Shown: piece by piece, positions 46,001 to 53,837 of the stretch
How positions within the stretch are numbered: the stretch's first letter is position 1
Layout of the letters: each line of letters begins with the position of its first letter
DNA from: an uncultured Oscillospiraceae bacterium
GTDB lineage: Bacteria > Bacillota > Clostridia > Oscillospirales > Acutalibacteraceae
Direction of reading: 5' to 3'
NCBI GenBank assembly: GCA_900546265.1
Contig: URCA01000015.1
Location: 1,542 to 65,541, forward strand
Length of the DNA: 64,000 bases
The notes under the pieces: model-generated
Seen by the model: only the letters and a program-made list of their open reading frames with translations
The model's database searches: none
Told to the model about the DNA's origin: nothing
Position numbers and translations under genes: made by a program

Positions 46001-46725
46001 GCCGGCGTCACCGTCAGGGTGACCTCTTGGCCCATCAGGACGGTCGTATCGCTTAAAACCGCCGTGCCGCCGTCTGCGCAGCGGATTGTCAAATTCACCT
46101 GACACTCCTTCAGTTTCTCCTCAACCTGCGCACCGCCGGTCACATTTTCATGTGTTGAGGATCCCACACCGCTGTTTCCAATGCCATATAGCTTTTCTGC
46201 TTTGGTAAAAAAATCATAGTCTCCCTCGGACGAGACCGGCGTGGTACTTCCATCAATGACTGTCCAGTGTCCGTCGATTTGCAGATAATATATGCCATTG
46301 TGGAAAAGTACCTGAATGGTCGCCTGGTGATTCGCGCCCTCAAAAGGAATTTCCGTAGCGTAGGCTCGGTTTGCTTCGCCATCCTTCGTCCGTCCCACCA
46401 TATACACAGTGGCAACTGTAGCGGTAGCGTCCGCTTTGTCGACGAACAAATACGTTTCTCCCGCATCTGTGCGGAAATATATGGTGCCGGCCCGACGTCC
46501 ACGCTCATCCGAACGATAATTCGACAGCACAGTTGTCTTCACCCAAAAATTGGCACTCGGCTCTTCGTTAAGTTGCAGATAATCCCACGCCTGCGTAAAC
46601 GAGGCCGATGCACCTTTCAATACCTTTTTTACAACCGTGGATCTGGGAGTCCCACACGCCGCTGCAAACATACAAAGCACCAGACAAGATAACGCCAGCA
46701 AGAAGTGCCGTTTATAGTTTTTCAT
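40030..46725 (-). CDS. Giant surface lipoprotein (2231 aa): N-terminal LamG-like domain + six ~337-aa repeats
   Basis: ATG 46725 lies 7 nt after GGAGGAA; the track TTG at 46740 lies in the RBS. MKNYKRHFLLALSCLVLCMFAAAC-GT is a lipobox-like signal. Each repeat has an Ig-like part (VLKGTEPVTLTL...VTYAGRQI...YTFT), a CarboxypepD_reg-like part (GTAADGKFRIRLPDGTHSLVLTSARF) and a LamG/ConA-like part (RMDQGESTSGIYYY...WDDRSDRDY...GDTLYVGVD). Confidence 0.8.
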   Translation of the reverse strand: MKNYKRHFLLALSCLVLCMFAAACGTPRSTVVKKVLKGASASFTQAWDYLQLNEEPSANFWVKTTVLSNYRSDERGRRAGTIYFRTDAGETYLFVDKADATATVATVYMVGRTKDGEANRAYATEIPFEGANHQATIQVLFHNGIYYLQIDGHWTVIDGSTTPVSSEGDYDFFTKAEKLYGIGNSGVGSSTHENVTGGAQVEEKLKECQVNLTIRCADGGTAVLSDTTVLMGQEVTLTVTPAEESLVPTVTYAGRQISASGLNTYTFKATESGDVTITFTRAYLVEGNYGYADGLYANGDEVTVQSKTAGLFGTAANGKFRIRLPAGTHSVILTSARFEAIGFDVTVREKDVRVTGNNRFTQIKFESGNVPADGRYRLQNGNYELFAGVSLKNFYATMRVERMDKGESTSGIYYYTQGSVSPVKILLLKAENDTVKIRLTRGKGWDDRSDRDYTTAVPWKEVYRLSVFSFDDTLYVGIDDNWLAIDRKTAYTPVVKNADFDEATVWNAGAEKTFGVFANGESGVGFPITEIAYTAGTQEVRNACYATLKVDCSNKDVQAVLNKTKVLKGTEPVVLTLKGADDRYMVTVTYAGRQIPASGNHTYTFTPAESGSVKVSLTRVYPVTGGYGYADDLYAKGDTVMVRSQTTGIYGTAADGKFCIRLPDGRHTLVLTSARFESIRFDVTVRGGRVDIPDMKRFSQVKFAVGKVPNGGNYTLRNGDYELFSGVSLKNFFVTATVRRMDQGEATSGDFFYAGGASPVKVLLLRADDGNTKIRLMRGVGWDDRSDRDYATAIPWKEVFKLSVLSYGDTLYVGIDEKWTAINRDTPYKEVVKNVAFDPATVWNAEAEKTFGLYANGESDEGFPVTDIAYKAGTQEVKNACYATLTVDCADKNVKVVLNKANVLKGTEPVTLTLNGVDDRYMAEVTFEGRRIAPDENGKYTFIPARSGTVTITFTRVYLVEGSYGYDAGLYTTGDQVGIYSETAALYGTAGDGKFRIRLPDGTHSLVLTSERFAPVRFEIVVKADNVHIEEQKQFKDLKFVSGHTTKGSAITLPPKSYELFAGVSMKDFFATARVQRMDQGEATSGIYYYAGGNSPVKVLLLKADNNMFKIRLTRGLDWDDRSDRDYTTAIPWQEEACLSVLSVGNTLYVGIDDQWTAIGPDTPHKVVVHNVDFDEATVWNAGAEKSFGVFANGDSAVGFPITGIAYQPGTRDACMADLTVRCEDEGVTVHLDKTSVLKGTEPVTLTLSGLDDTRAATVSFGGHMLTATGDNTYTFTAAKSGVVEVSITRVYPVEGRYIYAQGLYAHGDTVTIRSETAGIIGTAADGKFRIRLPDGTHSLVLTSARFAPVHLEVAVNGGAVNMPEVSMFEELMFGSGLETKNGAVTLLNDQYEPFAGVALTDFFVTARVRRMDQGESTGGVYYYVERAASPVKILPLRADDGNVKVRLTRGKGWDDRSDRDYATNIPWREEMTLSVLSIGDTLYVGVDGNWMAISRDTPYTQVVHNVEFDEKTVWDANTLKIFGVFANGASEIGFPITDIAYNAGTQEIKNACYADLTVRCDDESVTGTLDKTRVLKGTEPVMLTLSGMDESCAAVVTFAGRILTPDAENRYTFTAAESGEVVVTIARTYSVTGTYGYAPGLYADGDVVTICSETAGITGTAADGKFHIRLPDGTHSLALTSARFAPVRLAVTVESGVVTVPERCLFKELKFTDGKETSNSAVTLQNGDYEAFAGIALKDFFATTRVKRMDQGESTGGIYYYTEGASSPVKILLLRADDGTVKIRLTRGTGWDDRSDRDYTTAIPWQEELTLSVLSLGDTLYVGVEGQWTAIGRNTSYTQVVHNTDFDEATVWNADAVKTFGLFANGASDRGFPIADVRYAAGTQEACYVNLTVRSDDEKVIGVLDKPKALKGTDSVTLTLSGMEPGSEVIVTYAGRRIPAKAENTYMFTAAEAMEVLVYTRFAEVGGSYGCAEGLYADGDAVTVRWLEGETSAVASDGTFGLRLPDGSHTLVLESARFVSVQFKATVKDGQLTVSETPRFIEVKFASGHAPTNGNYILQNNDYEQFAGVALKDFYVTLQVKRMDQGESTSGIYYYTEGASSPVKILLLRADDDTVKIRLTRGTGWDDRSDRDYVTAIPWQEELALSVVSLGDTLHVGVNGTWTAISRSTSYKEVVHNVDFDEATVWNADAVKTFGIFANGASDTGFPVTGIAYSSGVQQPLAYLEKRRRP
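40033..46098 (-). repeat. Six tandem coding repeats, period about 1.01 kb
   Basis: Protein units start at VNLTIRC / ATLKVDC / ATLTVDC / ADLTVRC / ADLTVRC / VNLTVRS. DNA similarity is locally very high (see the finding at 41661-42820). Confidence 0.85.
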
Positions 46726-46800
46726 ACATCGTTCCTCCAATTCATATGGTAGCCTTACGAATAACTTACGTCTATTTTTACCAATGAACCTTATGTTTCA

Positions 46801-46829
46801 ATTGTATCCACTCCATTTTACCTTGTCAA
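46801..46829 (-). promoter_or_regulatory. Near-consensus sigma-70 promoter for the giant lipoprotein gene
   Basis: On the minus strand: TTGACA (46829-46824), a 17-nt spacer, then TACAAT (46806-46801), about 75 nt upstream of the ATG. Confidence 0.55.
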
Positions 46830-46997
46830 TCGACCAAGCATTGGAAGTGTTCATAAAAGTCCACCTCATTTTATTGAAATAAGTCTGGAGAATTTCCTTT
46901 TGTTTTCTGCACTAATTTTTAAAAATTTATTGAATAGCATTCATACTCTTAACGGAATCACGTCATATTCGTCCACCTATTTGCAAGCCCCAATTCG

Positions 46998-47026
46998 TTG
47001 ACAGGCCTGTTTTGCAACGGTAGTAT
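46998..47026 (+). promoter_or_regulatory. Candidate sigma-70 promoter for the divergent GH78-like/GH36 pair
   Basis: TTGACA (46998-47003), a 17-nt spacer, then TAGTAT (47021-47026). Confidence 0.4.
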
Positions 47027-47080
47027 ATTATACATAGCGGAAAACTTCCCGTCATGTAATTGCAAATAGAGGTTATGAGA

Positions 47081-49363
47081 ATGAATATGCTGTTTCCCGC
47101 CATACAGGCCGACGAGAAAAATGTAACCTACGCGTTTCGTCTGACGATCTCACTTCCTCCTGACAGCCGAATCCGCCTGGCGGCTTCCAACGCTTGTATG
47201 CTTTTTCAGGACGGTGACCTGCTGTTCCGAGGTCCCATGCGCACCGCTCATGGACACAGCCTGCTGTCTGAAATCCCACTGGCTTCCCGTAAGGATTCCA
47301 CGCTGGTTGTAGAGGTGGCCTATTACGGCATCAATGGCTTTTACTGTGTGGAAGAGCCGCCCTTTTTTATATGTACCATTCTAGTCGGAGATAAACCGAT
47401 AGCGAATACCGAAGATTTTCAGGTGTTTCGTTTGGACGACCGAGTGCGGAAAGTCCCTCGATACAGCTTTCAGCGACCCTTTTCTGAAAGCTACCGCATG
47501 GAGAATGATCGCCGCGCACTGTATGTAGGAGAGAATGTGCCCTATCCGCAGGATACTGCCGTGGAGGTTCGTGGAAACACCCTGCATACCAGCGACTTAT
47601 CTCTTCCGATTCTGAACTTAACAGAGCTAACCAATGCGGTGGAACAGGGTACGCTATGTAAAAACCAGCATCCATACCATTTTCGAGACCGCTGCATTAC
47701 GAAAATCGGTGATAAACTCAAGGGATATAGTCTGGACGAACTGGAGGAATTTCCGGTCGAGGAACTGGCGGAAATCGATTTTCATCCCTATGCAGAGGTA
47801 CTAAAAAAGGATGTGTATGAGAATGAATACCTGCTTTTAGACGCGGGTATGAATTATACATCGTTTATTGGAGCCGAACTATGTGCCGAGACCGATGTCA
47901 TTGTCTTTTTTACATTTGATGAAATCCTCTGGCATGAGGCTTTAGATGATATTCACCTACGCACTTTTTTTAACAGCAAAGCGCTTCCTCTGAGTTTTTC
48001 ACGGCTAGAATGCTGCAACGTCATCAAATATAGCCTAAAAAAAGGCGAGTACCGCCTCTGCTCCTTTGAGCCATATACATTCCGCTATTTAAAAATTGCA
48101 GTAAAGGGCCGGATACGTCTAAAACGCGTGTATCATATCCCCTATGAAAATCCCAGCATCCCAAAAGACATATTTTGTACCGATCGACCAGAGTTAAACC
48201 AAATATTCGAGGCCGGTGTGCGAACCTTTGCGCAAAATGCCATCGACGTGCTTACCGATTGCCCGTCGCGAGAACGAGCTGGCTGGCTCTGTGACAGCTT
48301 TTTTACCGCACAGGCAGAAGCATTGCTGACAGGTTGCAATCGGGTGGAAAGGAATCTCCTGGAGAGTTATCGGCTTGCCCCTCCGCTGCCTGAACTTCCT
48401 GCTTCCATGCCACCTATGTGTTACCCGGCCGATCACAACGATGGCCAGTATATTCCCAACTGGGCTATGTTTCTGATCATTGAGTTGGAGGATTACCAAA
48501 GGCGAACGGGCGACGAGGAACTGATCAACGCCTTTGGGGAAAAAATCCGAAGCCTGTTGGACTGGCTGGAGTCCTATGAAAACGAGTACGGCTTGCTGGA
48601 GAATCTGCCTGGCTGGGTATTTGTAGAGTGGAGTAAATGCGCAGACTTTGTTCAGGACGTCAATTTTCCCACTAATATGCTCTACTATCGGGCTCTGTTC
48701 TGCGCCTCTCGGCTGTACGGCGAGGAAGTCTATCGACAGCGCGCCGACAATCTCCGTGCCGTCATTCGCCGCCTGTCGTTCAACGGCCGTTTTTTTGAGG
48801 ATAATCTCCTTAGGAAGAATGGACGGCTCGTGGCGACGGGAAACATTACAGAAACTTGCCAATATTACGCATTCCGGTTTGGGATCGCAACCAAGGACGA
48901 GGATCCCGTGCTTTATCAAACCATGGTGGAACAATTCGGTCCGCTGCGTTCTTCATATGTGCATACCGATATTTTCCCATCCAACGCATTCATCGGCAAT
49001 TTTCTGCGCTATGACTGGCTCAGCCGTTCGGATGAGCGTAAAATCCTGTTAGCGGAATGCCAGGCGTATTTTCTGCGTATGGCCGATCGTACCATGACGC
49101 TGTGGGAAAACAATGAGGCGACCGCCAGCTGTGCACATGGCTTTGCGTCCTATTTGACCGTACTGCTTGCACGCGCCGTTTTTGGATATTGGGGGTTCGA
49201 TCCAGTGAGCAAAACCGTATATTTGACCGAACCCGATTCGTCCATATGCGGAACCGCACGCTTTCCCATAGCGGGACAGACGTTGGAAATTATTCTGGAG
49301 AGAGGTGTTCGCTCGATTATTCTGCCCGATGGTTACCAAACAGGCCGTCCTACCCTACCATAA
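47081..49363 (+). CDS. GH78-like (alpha/alpha)6 six-hairpin glycosidase (alpha-L-rhamnosidase family), cytoplasmic
   Basis: DCPSRERAGWLCDSFF resembles the GH78 DCPxR(D)ERxGWxGD motif. About 760 aa with no signal peptide. The start is probably ATG 47081 (AGAGG 8 nt upstream); the track start is TTG 47060. Confidence 0.6.
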   Translation: MNMLFPAIQADEKNVTYAFRLTISLPPDSRIRLAASNACMLFQDGDLLFRGPMRTAHGHSLLSEIPLASRKDSTLVVEVAYYGINGFYCVEEPPFFICTILVGDKPIANTEDFQVFRLDDRVRKVPRYSFQRPFSESYRMENDRRALYVGENVPYPQDTAVEVRGNTLHTSDLSLPILNLTELTNAVEQGTLCKNQHPYHFRDRCITKIGDKLKGYSLDELEEFPVEELAEIDFHPYAEVLKKDVYENEYLLLDAGMNYTSFIGAELCAETDVIVFFTFDEILWHEALDDIHLRTFFNSKALPLSFSRLECCNVIKYSLKKGEYRLCSFEPYTFRYLKIAVKGRIRLKRVYHIPYENPSIPKDIFCTDRPELNQIFEAGVRTFAQNAIDVLTDCPSRERAGWLCDSFFTAQAEALLTGCNRVERNLLESYRLAPPLPELPASMPPMCYPADHNDGQYIPNWAMFLIIELEDYQRRTGDEELINAFGEKIRSLLDWLESYENEYGLLENLPGWVFVEWSKCADFVQDVNFPTNMLYYRALFCASRLYGEEVYRQRADNLRAVIRRLSFNGRFFEDNLLRKNGRLVATGNITETCQYYAFRFGIATKDEDPVLYQTMVEQFGPLRSSYVHTDIFPSNAFIGNFLRYDWLSRSDERKILLAECQAYFLRMADRTMTLWENNEATASCAHGFASYLTVLLARAVFGYWGFDPVSKTVYLTEPDSSICGTARFPIAGQTLEIILERGVRSIILPDGYQTGRPTLP

Positions 49364-49378
49364 TCAAGGAGAGACGTT

Positions 49379-51571
49379 ATGTTTCAGCTTACAGATAAAC
49401 ATTTGAAGATCGATACGCCGCACACCACCCTGCTGTTTAAGGTGTGTCATAAGGAGATCCAGCCTTACTATACTTACGAGCCGTTTGAGAGCTACCTCAT
49501 GCCGATTCATTATGGCCGGAAGCTCCAGGATGGAGAAGATTTCGACATCCTGTGCAAAAACGAGGCGGGCCGTTTCGCCTCCATTTCCTGCCCTGGAAAC
49601 ACGGACGTTCGGGAACCACTTCTTCTGATTCAAAACGCGGACGGCTCTTATGTCAACGATTTCCGGTTCATGGGTATTCGTGAGGTGGGGGATTATGAAT
49701 CCGATGGTATGCCGAAAGCTCATTCCGTCGCTCAATTGCTGGAAATTCGCTACGTTGACAACCGTACCCAGACGGAATTGTATCAGTATATCGGCTGCTT
49801 TCAAGACACGGATGTCCTAACATCCGCATTCCGACTTGTGAATAAAGGTGAAAATACCATCACCGTGCGCAGATTGATGAGCCTACAATCAGATTTAGTA
49901 GGCGGAGATTACACCGCTTATACTTTCAACGGAGACTGGGGCCATGAACGGATGCGAAAAACGCATCCTCTCAGTATCGGTGTTTTTGTCAACGAATCCC
50001 TCAACGGTATGTCCTCCGCCTTGACCAATCCGTTTATCATGCTGCAACGCAGCCGATATGATGACTGGTACGCCTATAACCTTCTTTTTACCGGAAATCA
50101 CAAGGAGAGCGTGGAACTTAACTATGCCAATAAAACGCGCGTCCTGGTTGGGATGAACGACTTCGCTTTCTCCTGCGAACTGGGTGCCGGAGAGGCGTTC
50201 ACCACACCGCAAGCAGTGCAGGTGTATGCCCCCTCACGGGACGCCATTACCTGTGAGATGCACAAATTTGTTAATCGTCATATTCTGCGCGGTATGTACG
50301 CTCGGGCGGAGCGACCGGTGGTTATCAACAACTGGGAGGCAACCTACTTTGATTTTACCGTTCCAAAAATAGTGGAGCTTGCAAAAAAGGCAAAAAATAT
50401 TGGTGTCGAGCTATTCGTTTTGGATGATGGCTGGTTTTCCACACGCAACAACGATACATCCGGACTCGGTGACTGGTCAGATAACTTAGAGAAAACAGAG
50501 GGGGGCATCCAGGTTCTCGCGGAAAAGATACGAGAAATCGGATTGCAATTCGGCATATGGGTGGAACCGGAAATGGTGAATCCAAACAGTGAGTTGTACC
50601 GTCTTCATCCTGAATGGGCTGTGACTATTGACGGACGCACTCCTATTCAACTGCGCAACCAGTATATTCTCGACTTGGCCAACCCAGAGGTCGTCAACTA
50701 CCTTCTTGAGCAAATCGCAGGGGTTATCGAACGCTGCCGGGCGGACTACATCAAATGGGATTGTAATCGCTTCATGACGGAGTTCTATTCCAGGACACTC
50801 AAAAACCAGGGTATGTTCCTGTATCGCTTTATGCAAGGCTTTTATCGATTAATCGGAACCCTTACCATGCGGTATCCGCAGGTGCTCTTTGAAGGCTGCG
50901 CGGGAGGCGGCGCACGGTATGATTTGGGGCTCATGTGCTTCACTCCGCAGATTTGGACAAGCGACAATACCGACGCGCGGATGCGAACAAAAATTCAGGA
51001 GGGCAGTCTCTACGGCATTCCCCAGAGCGTGATGTCAGCTCATGTGTCCATCGTTCCCAATCATCAGACCGGTAACACCACCCCCTTGGAATCACGATTC
51101 AATGTCGCTGCGGCGGGGATCCTTGGCTACGAATATGATCTGACAAAGGCCTCGGAGGAAGAACTGGCCTGTATGAAAAAACAAATTGCCTTTTACAAGA
51201 AGCATCGTGCCCTGCTGCAATACGGCCAGTACCATTTGATCGATAGCGTTTACGATAACAATTGCGACGGCGTAACGTCTTATATCGTAGTTTCTGAAGA
51301 TAAAAGCGAGGCCATCGCGACAGTAATACAGCACACCTATGAACAGCCGATTCCCGTAAAATTCCACTTGACCGGCCTTGATGACAACTTTCTGTATCAT
51401 ATCTCTATGCGCCAGCAATGCAATATCGACTACATACAGGATTATGTTGTGCGCGGGGATGTACTGAATCACGCCCCCCTGGATTTTGCGCCGCTTGCTT
51501 GGGAACGGGAAAGAGAGCAAAATTCAAACGCCATTTTTTCACGTATGTTTTATATTAAAAAAATTGATTAA
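49379..51571 (+). CDS. GH36 alpha-galactosidase
   Basis: 730 aa with FVLDDGWF, YIKWDCNR, LFEGCAGGGARYD and IWTSDNTDA, the typical GH36 (AgaA/RafA-like) blocks. Confidence 0.9.
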   Translation: MFQLTDKHLKIDTPHTTLLFKVCHKEIQPYYTYEPFESYLMPIHYGRKLQDGEDFDILCKNEAGRFASISCPGNTDVREPLLLIQNADGSYVNDFRFMGIREVGDYESDGMPKAHSVAQLLEIRYVDNRTQTELYQYIGCFQDTDVLTSAFRLVNKGENTITVRRLMSLQSDLVGGDYTAYTFNGDWGHERMRKTHPLSIGVFVNESLNGMSSALTNPFIMLQRSRYDDWYAYNLLFTGNHKESVELNYANKTRVLVGMNDFAFSCELGAGEAFTTPQAVQVYAPSRDAITCEMHKFVNRHILRGMYARAERPVVINNWEATYFDFTVPKIVELAKKAKNIGVELFVLDDGWFSTRNNDTSGLGDWSDNLEKTEGGIQVLAEKIREIGLQFGIWVEPEMVNPNSELYRLHPEWAVTIDGRTPIQLRNQYILDLANPEVVNYLLEQIAGVIERCRADYIKWDCNRFMTEFYSRTLKNQGMFLYRFMQGFYRLIGTLTMRYPQVLFEGCAGGGARYDLGLMCFTPQIWTSDNTDARMRTKIQEGSLYGIPQSVMSAHVSIVPNHQTGNTTPLESRFNVAAAGILGYEYDLTKASEEELACMKKQIAFYKKHRALLQYGQYHLIDSVYDNNCDGVTSYIVVSEDKSEAIATVIQHTYEQPIPVKFHLTGLDDNFLYHISMRQQCNIDYIQDYVVRGDVLNHAPLDFAPLAWEREREQNSNAIFSRMFYIKKID

Positions 51572-51815
51572 TACCTTGTTGCCCTACAACATCTCCCTGA
51601 CATCTTTGGCACTGTCACCGATACCCTTGCTGATGAGCGGCGTCTCTCCGACAATATGCGCACCGTGGAATACTCGTGTGTGCATTTCTCTGACCTCTTT
51701 CAAAAAAGAGTGCGTGTAGCAATACCTATGAAGTTAAAGATGTGTTACCGTCCTATTCATTTTTCTCATCATAGCCCCGCCGTTTTAGAGGTGGCTCTTT
51801 AAAAGTCTGTTTGGG

Positions 51816-52076
51816 TCATTTCCTCAGGCAATACTGCGAGCTGCTCCTGGCTCCACTGGCCCGGTTTCGCGGGATACGTTCCACGAAGCCAGCCTGCTCC
51901 AGTTCGGCCAGCGCCCGGTAGACCGTCCGGGTGGAAATATGCAAATCAGCCGCGATGGTAGATACGGATGGATAGCACCGACCGTCTATGGAATTCCGCC
52001 GCTCCCGCAGATACATATACACCGCCACGGCCCGATGAGGCAGATCGTACTCGTAAAGCAGTCGGTTGTATGCCAT
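51816..52076 (-). CDS. Small winged-HTH protein typical of ICE/plasmid modules
   Basis: 86 aa. AGGAGGA RBS. CYPSVSTIAADLHISTRTVYRALAELEQAGFVERI. Confidence 0.6.
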   Translation of the reverse strand: MAYNRLLYEYDLPHRAVAVYMYLRERRNSIDGRCYPSVSTIAADLHISTRTVYRALAELEQAGFVERIPRNRASGARSSSQYCLRK

Positions 52077-52089
52077 CTATCTTGTCCTC

Positions 52090-53827
52090 CTAATCCGTCT
52101 TAATAACCCTTTTTATAGGAGCCCGCAGGGGATAGTCCTCTGCGGGCTCCTCGTTTGTCTGGGTATACTGCAGAATCGATTCTTCCAGATCGTTTCTATT
52201 CGCATACTCCACTTTTCGCGCCCCCTGTTCCGGCATGGTATAGGCTTTTTCAAAAGCCACGCCCCATTTAAAAAATAGCGGAAGCCGGCACCGCATGGGA
52301 TGGCAACCTGTTTTCATTACGATAAACTGACCTTTGGGCATGGCCTTTAACTCATCTGTGGTCATCAACTGTCTTTTCATCATCTGCAAAGACTGAGAAA
52401 GCGAGCCATTTCCCTGGTTCACACTGCCGGACATCACTGTCCGGCTACCCAGATTTTCGCTCATAGTATCCGCGGTGCTGCTGTTGGGCGCAAAGCCGCC
52501 GAACAGCGTTAACTGGCAGTTGTCGCCTATGATGTCCGCGCCCTCTTTTCCATAGTTGCGCTGCAGTTGGGCAAGGCTTTGGATGATCGCGACCACTGTC
52601 ACCCGGCGGCTGCGGCTGGCGCTGAACAGCATCTCCAGCCCTTGGATCGCCGGAAGTGTGCCGAGCTCATCCGCGTACAGCATCACCCGGTTGGGCAGCT
52701 TCCCGCCGTGTTCGTCCGCCACCATGAGCAATTCCCGGCAGATCTGTTGGAAAATGAGACTGACGATAAAATGCTTGGGCTGGTCTTCCTCCGGCAGCAC
52801 CAGATAGATGGCGGAGGGACGAGTGCAAAACCGTTCCACATCCACACTGGAATCAAAACACAAAACCTGCTCCAATTCTGAGTCTAAAAACCCATTAAGC
52901 CGAGATAGCGCAGTGGACAACACAGAAGCCATGGCTTGATCACTGGTATTGAGCGCAGCACCAGCCAACCAGCGTGCCTTATGCTCAGAAGGCAGCTTCT
53001 CCATCAAGAGCTGAAACTGGTTCTTCCCTTTCACAGGGGAAGGCCCCAGCATATCCTGGATGAGCTTGAAGATTGACACCATATGCCGCTGGGCCGGTTC
53101 GCAAAACTCCGCGACCAGCATCGCAACTGCCGCCAGCAGCCCCTCTGCCGCATCATAAAAAAAGCTGTTCTGCCCATGATCCGATTCCTCCGAATTCGCG
53201 GTGATGATCGTCTTGGCTACGATTTTGGCAAACTTCTCCGCTTTTGCCTTATACGGCAGTTCCCCGGTACTCAGAAACAAATCCATATACTTGTTGACAA
53301 GAAAAAAGCATATTGTAGCCATCCGACCGGGTAGGGTTACGTAGGTCGATAACCGAGCAAGAATAGCCATAATACTTTTCCGCAATGGTGGCCGTGTTTC
53401 GATATACGTCGCCTTTGCTGTCGGTGCAGACGAAGCTCATCCCTGCGGCACAGGCATATTCTATGTTGGGATACAAAAATGCAGCCGTCTTGCCCACACC
53501 GCTGGCTCCGATCATCAGGCAATGAACATCCCCATCGTCGATAAGGGCATTGGTTCGTCCGCCGCGCTGTTCACACCCCACGATCAGTCCTTGTATTTCC
53601 GGCCGGTTCTCTCCTTTTCGCCATTGAGTCGGTGTATAGAGCAGCCGCTTATACGTCTGATGGATCTCCGATTTGGTCGCCCATCGCGCCGTGCCGTGCT
53701 GCCCGTCGCCCACTACCTTGGATTTGATCCGGTTAAGGGAATAATGATGCCTGAAATACACAACAAGGCCCATTCCAAGGAACACCGCCGCACATAAGCA
53801 AAGCAGAAGAACTTGATTTTGCTGCAT
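52090..53827 (-). pseudogene. VirD4/TraG-type conjugative coupling protein, interrupted by a +1 frameshift in a T6 run
   Basis: The N-terminal ORF (start ATG 53827) has a TM segment and Walker A MIGASGVGKTAAF. It ends ...NPTRSDGYNMLF and continues in another frame as LVNKYMDLF.... Removing one A from A6 at 53302-53307 gives an uninterrupted ~579-codon frame. Confidence 0.7.
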
Positions 53828-53837
53828 AGAAATCTCC

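Noticed and set aside
40033-46098. Tandem repeats considered as a CRISPR or satellite array
   Set aside because: The period is about 1 kb, in frame and protein-coding. There is no short repeat/spacer structure and there are no cas genes in the window.
46741-47059. Invertible promoter (inverton) or diversity-generating mechanism for the giant lipoprotein
   Set aside because: I found no flanking inverted repeats in the intergenic region, no reverse transcriptase and no nearby intact recombinase. The direct repeat GTCCACCT (about 46860 and 46971) is short enough to occur by chance.
51572-51815. Possible element end or missing tRNA-Asn 5' half between the GH36 gene and the HTH gene
   Set aside because: By eye there is no sequence able to supply the TCCCCCT acceptor strand and D-stem, and no repeat of the 26.3-kb junction. 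I cannot exclude a boundary without an alignment.
53249-53385. Programmed ribosomal frameshift in the coupling-protein gene
   Set aside because: I saw no slippery heptamer-plus-structure signature beyond a simple T6 run. A mutation or read error is the simpler explanation, so it is kept as a finding for verification only.
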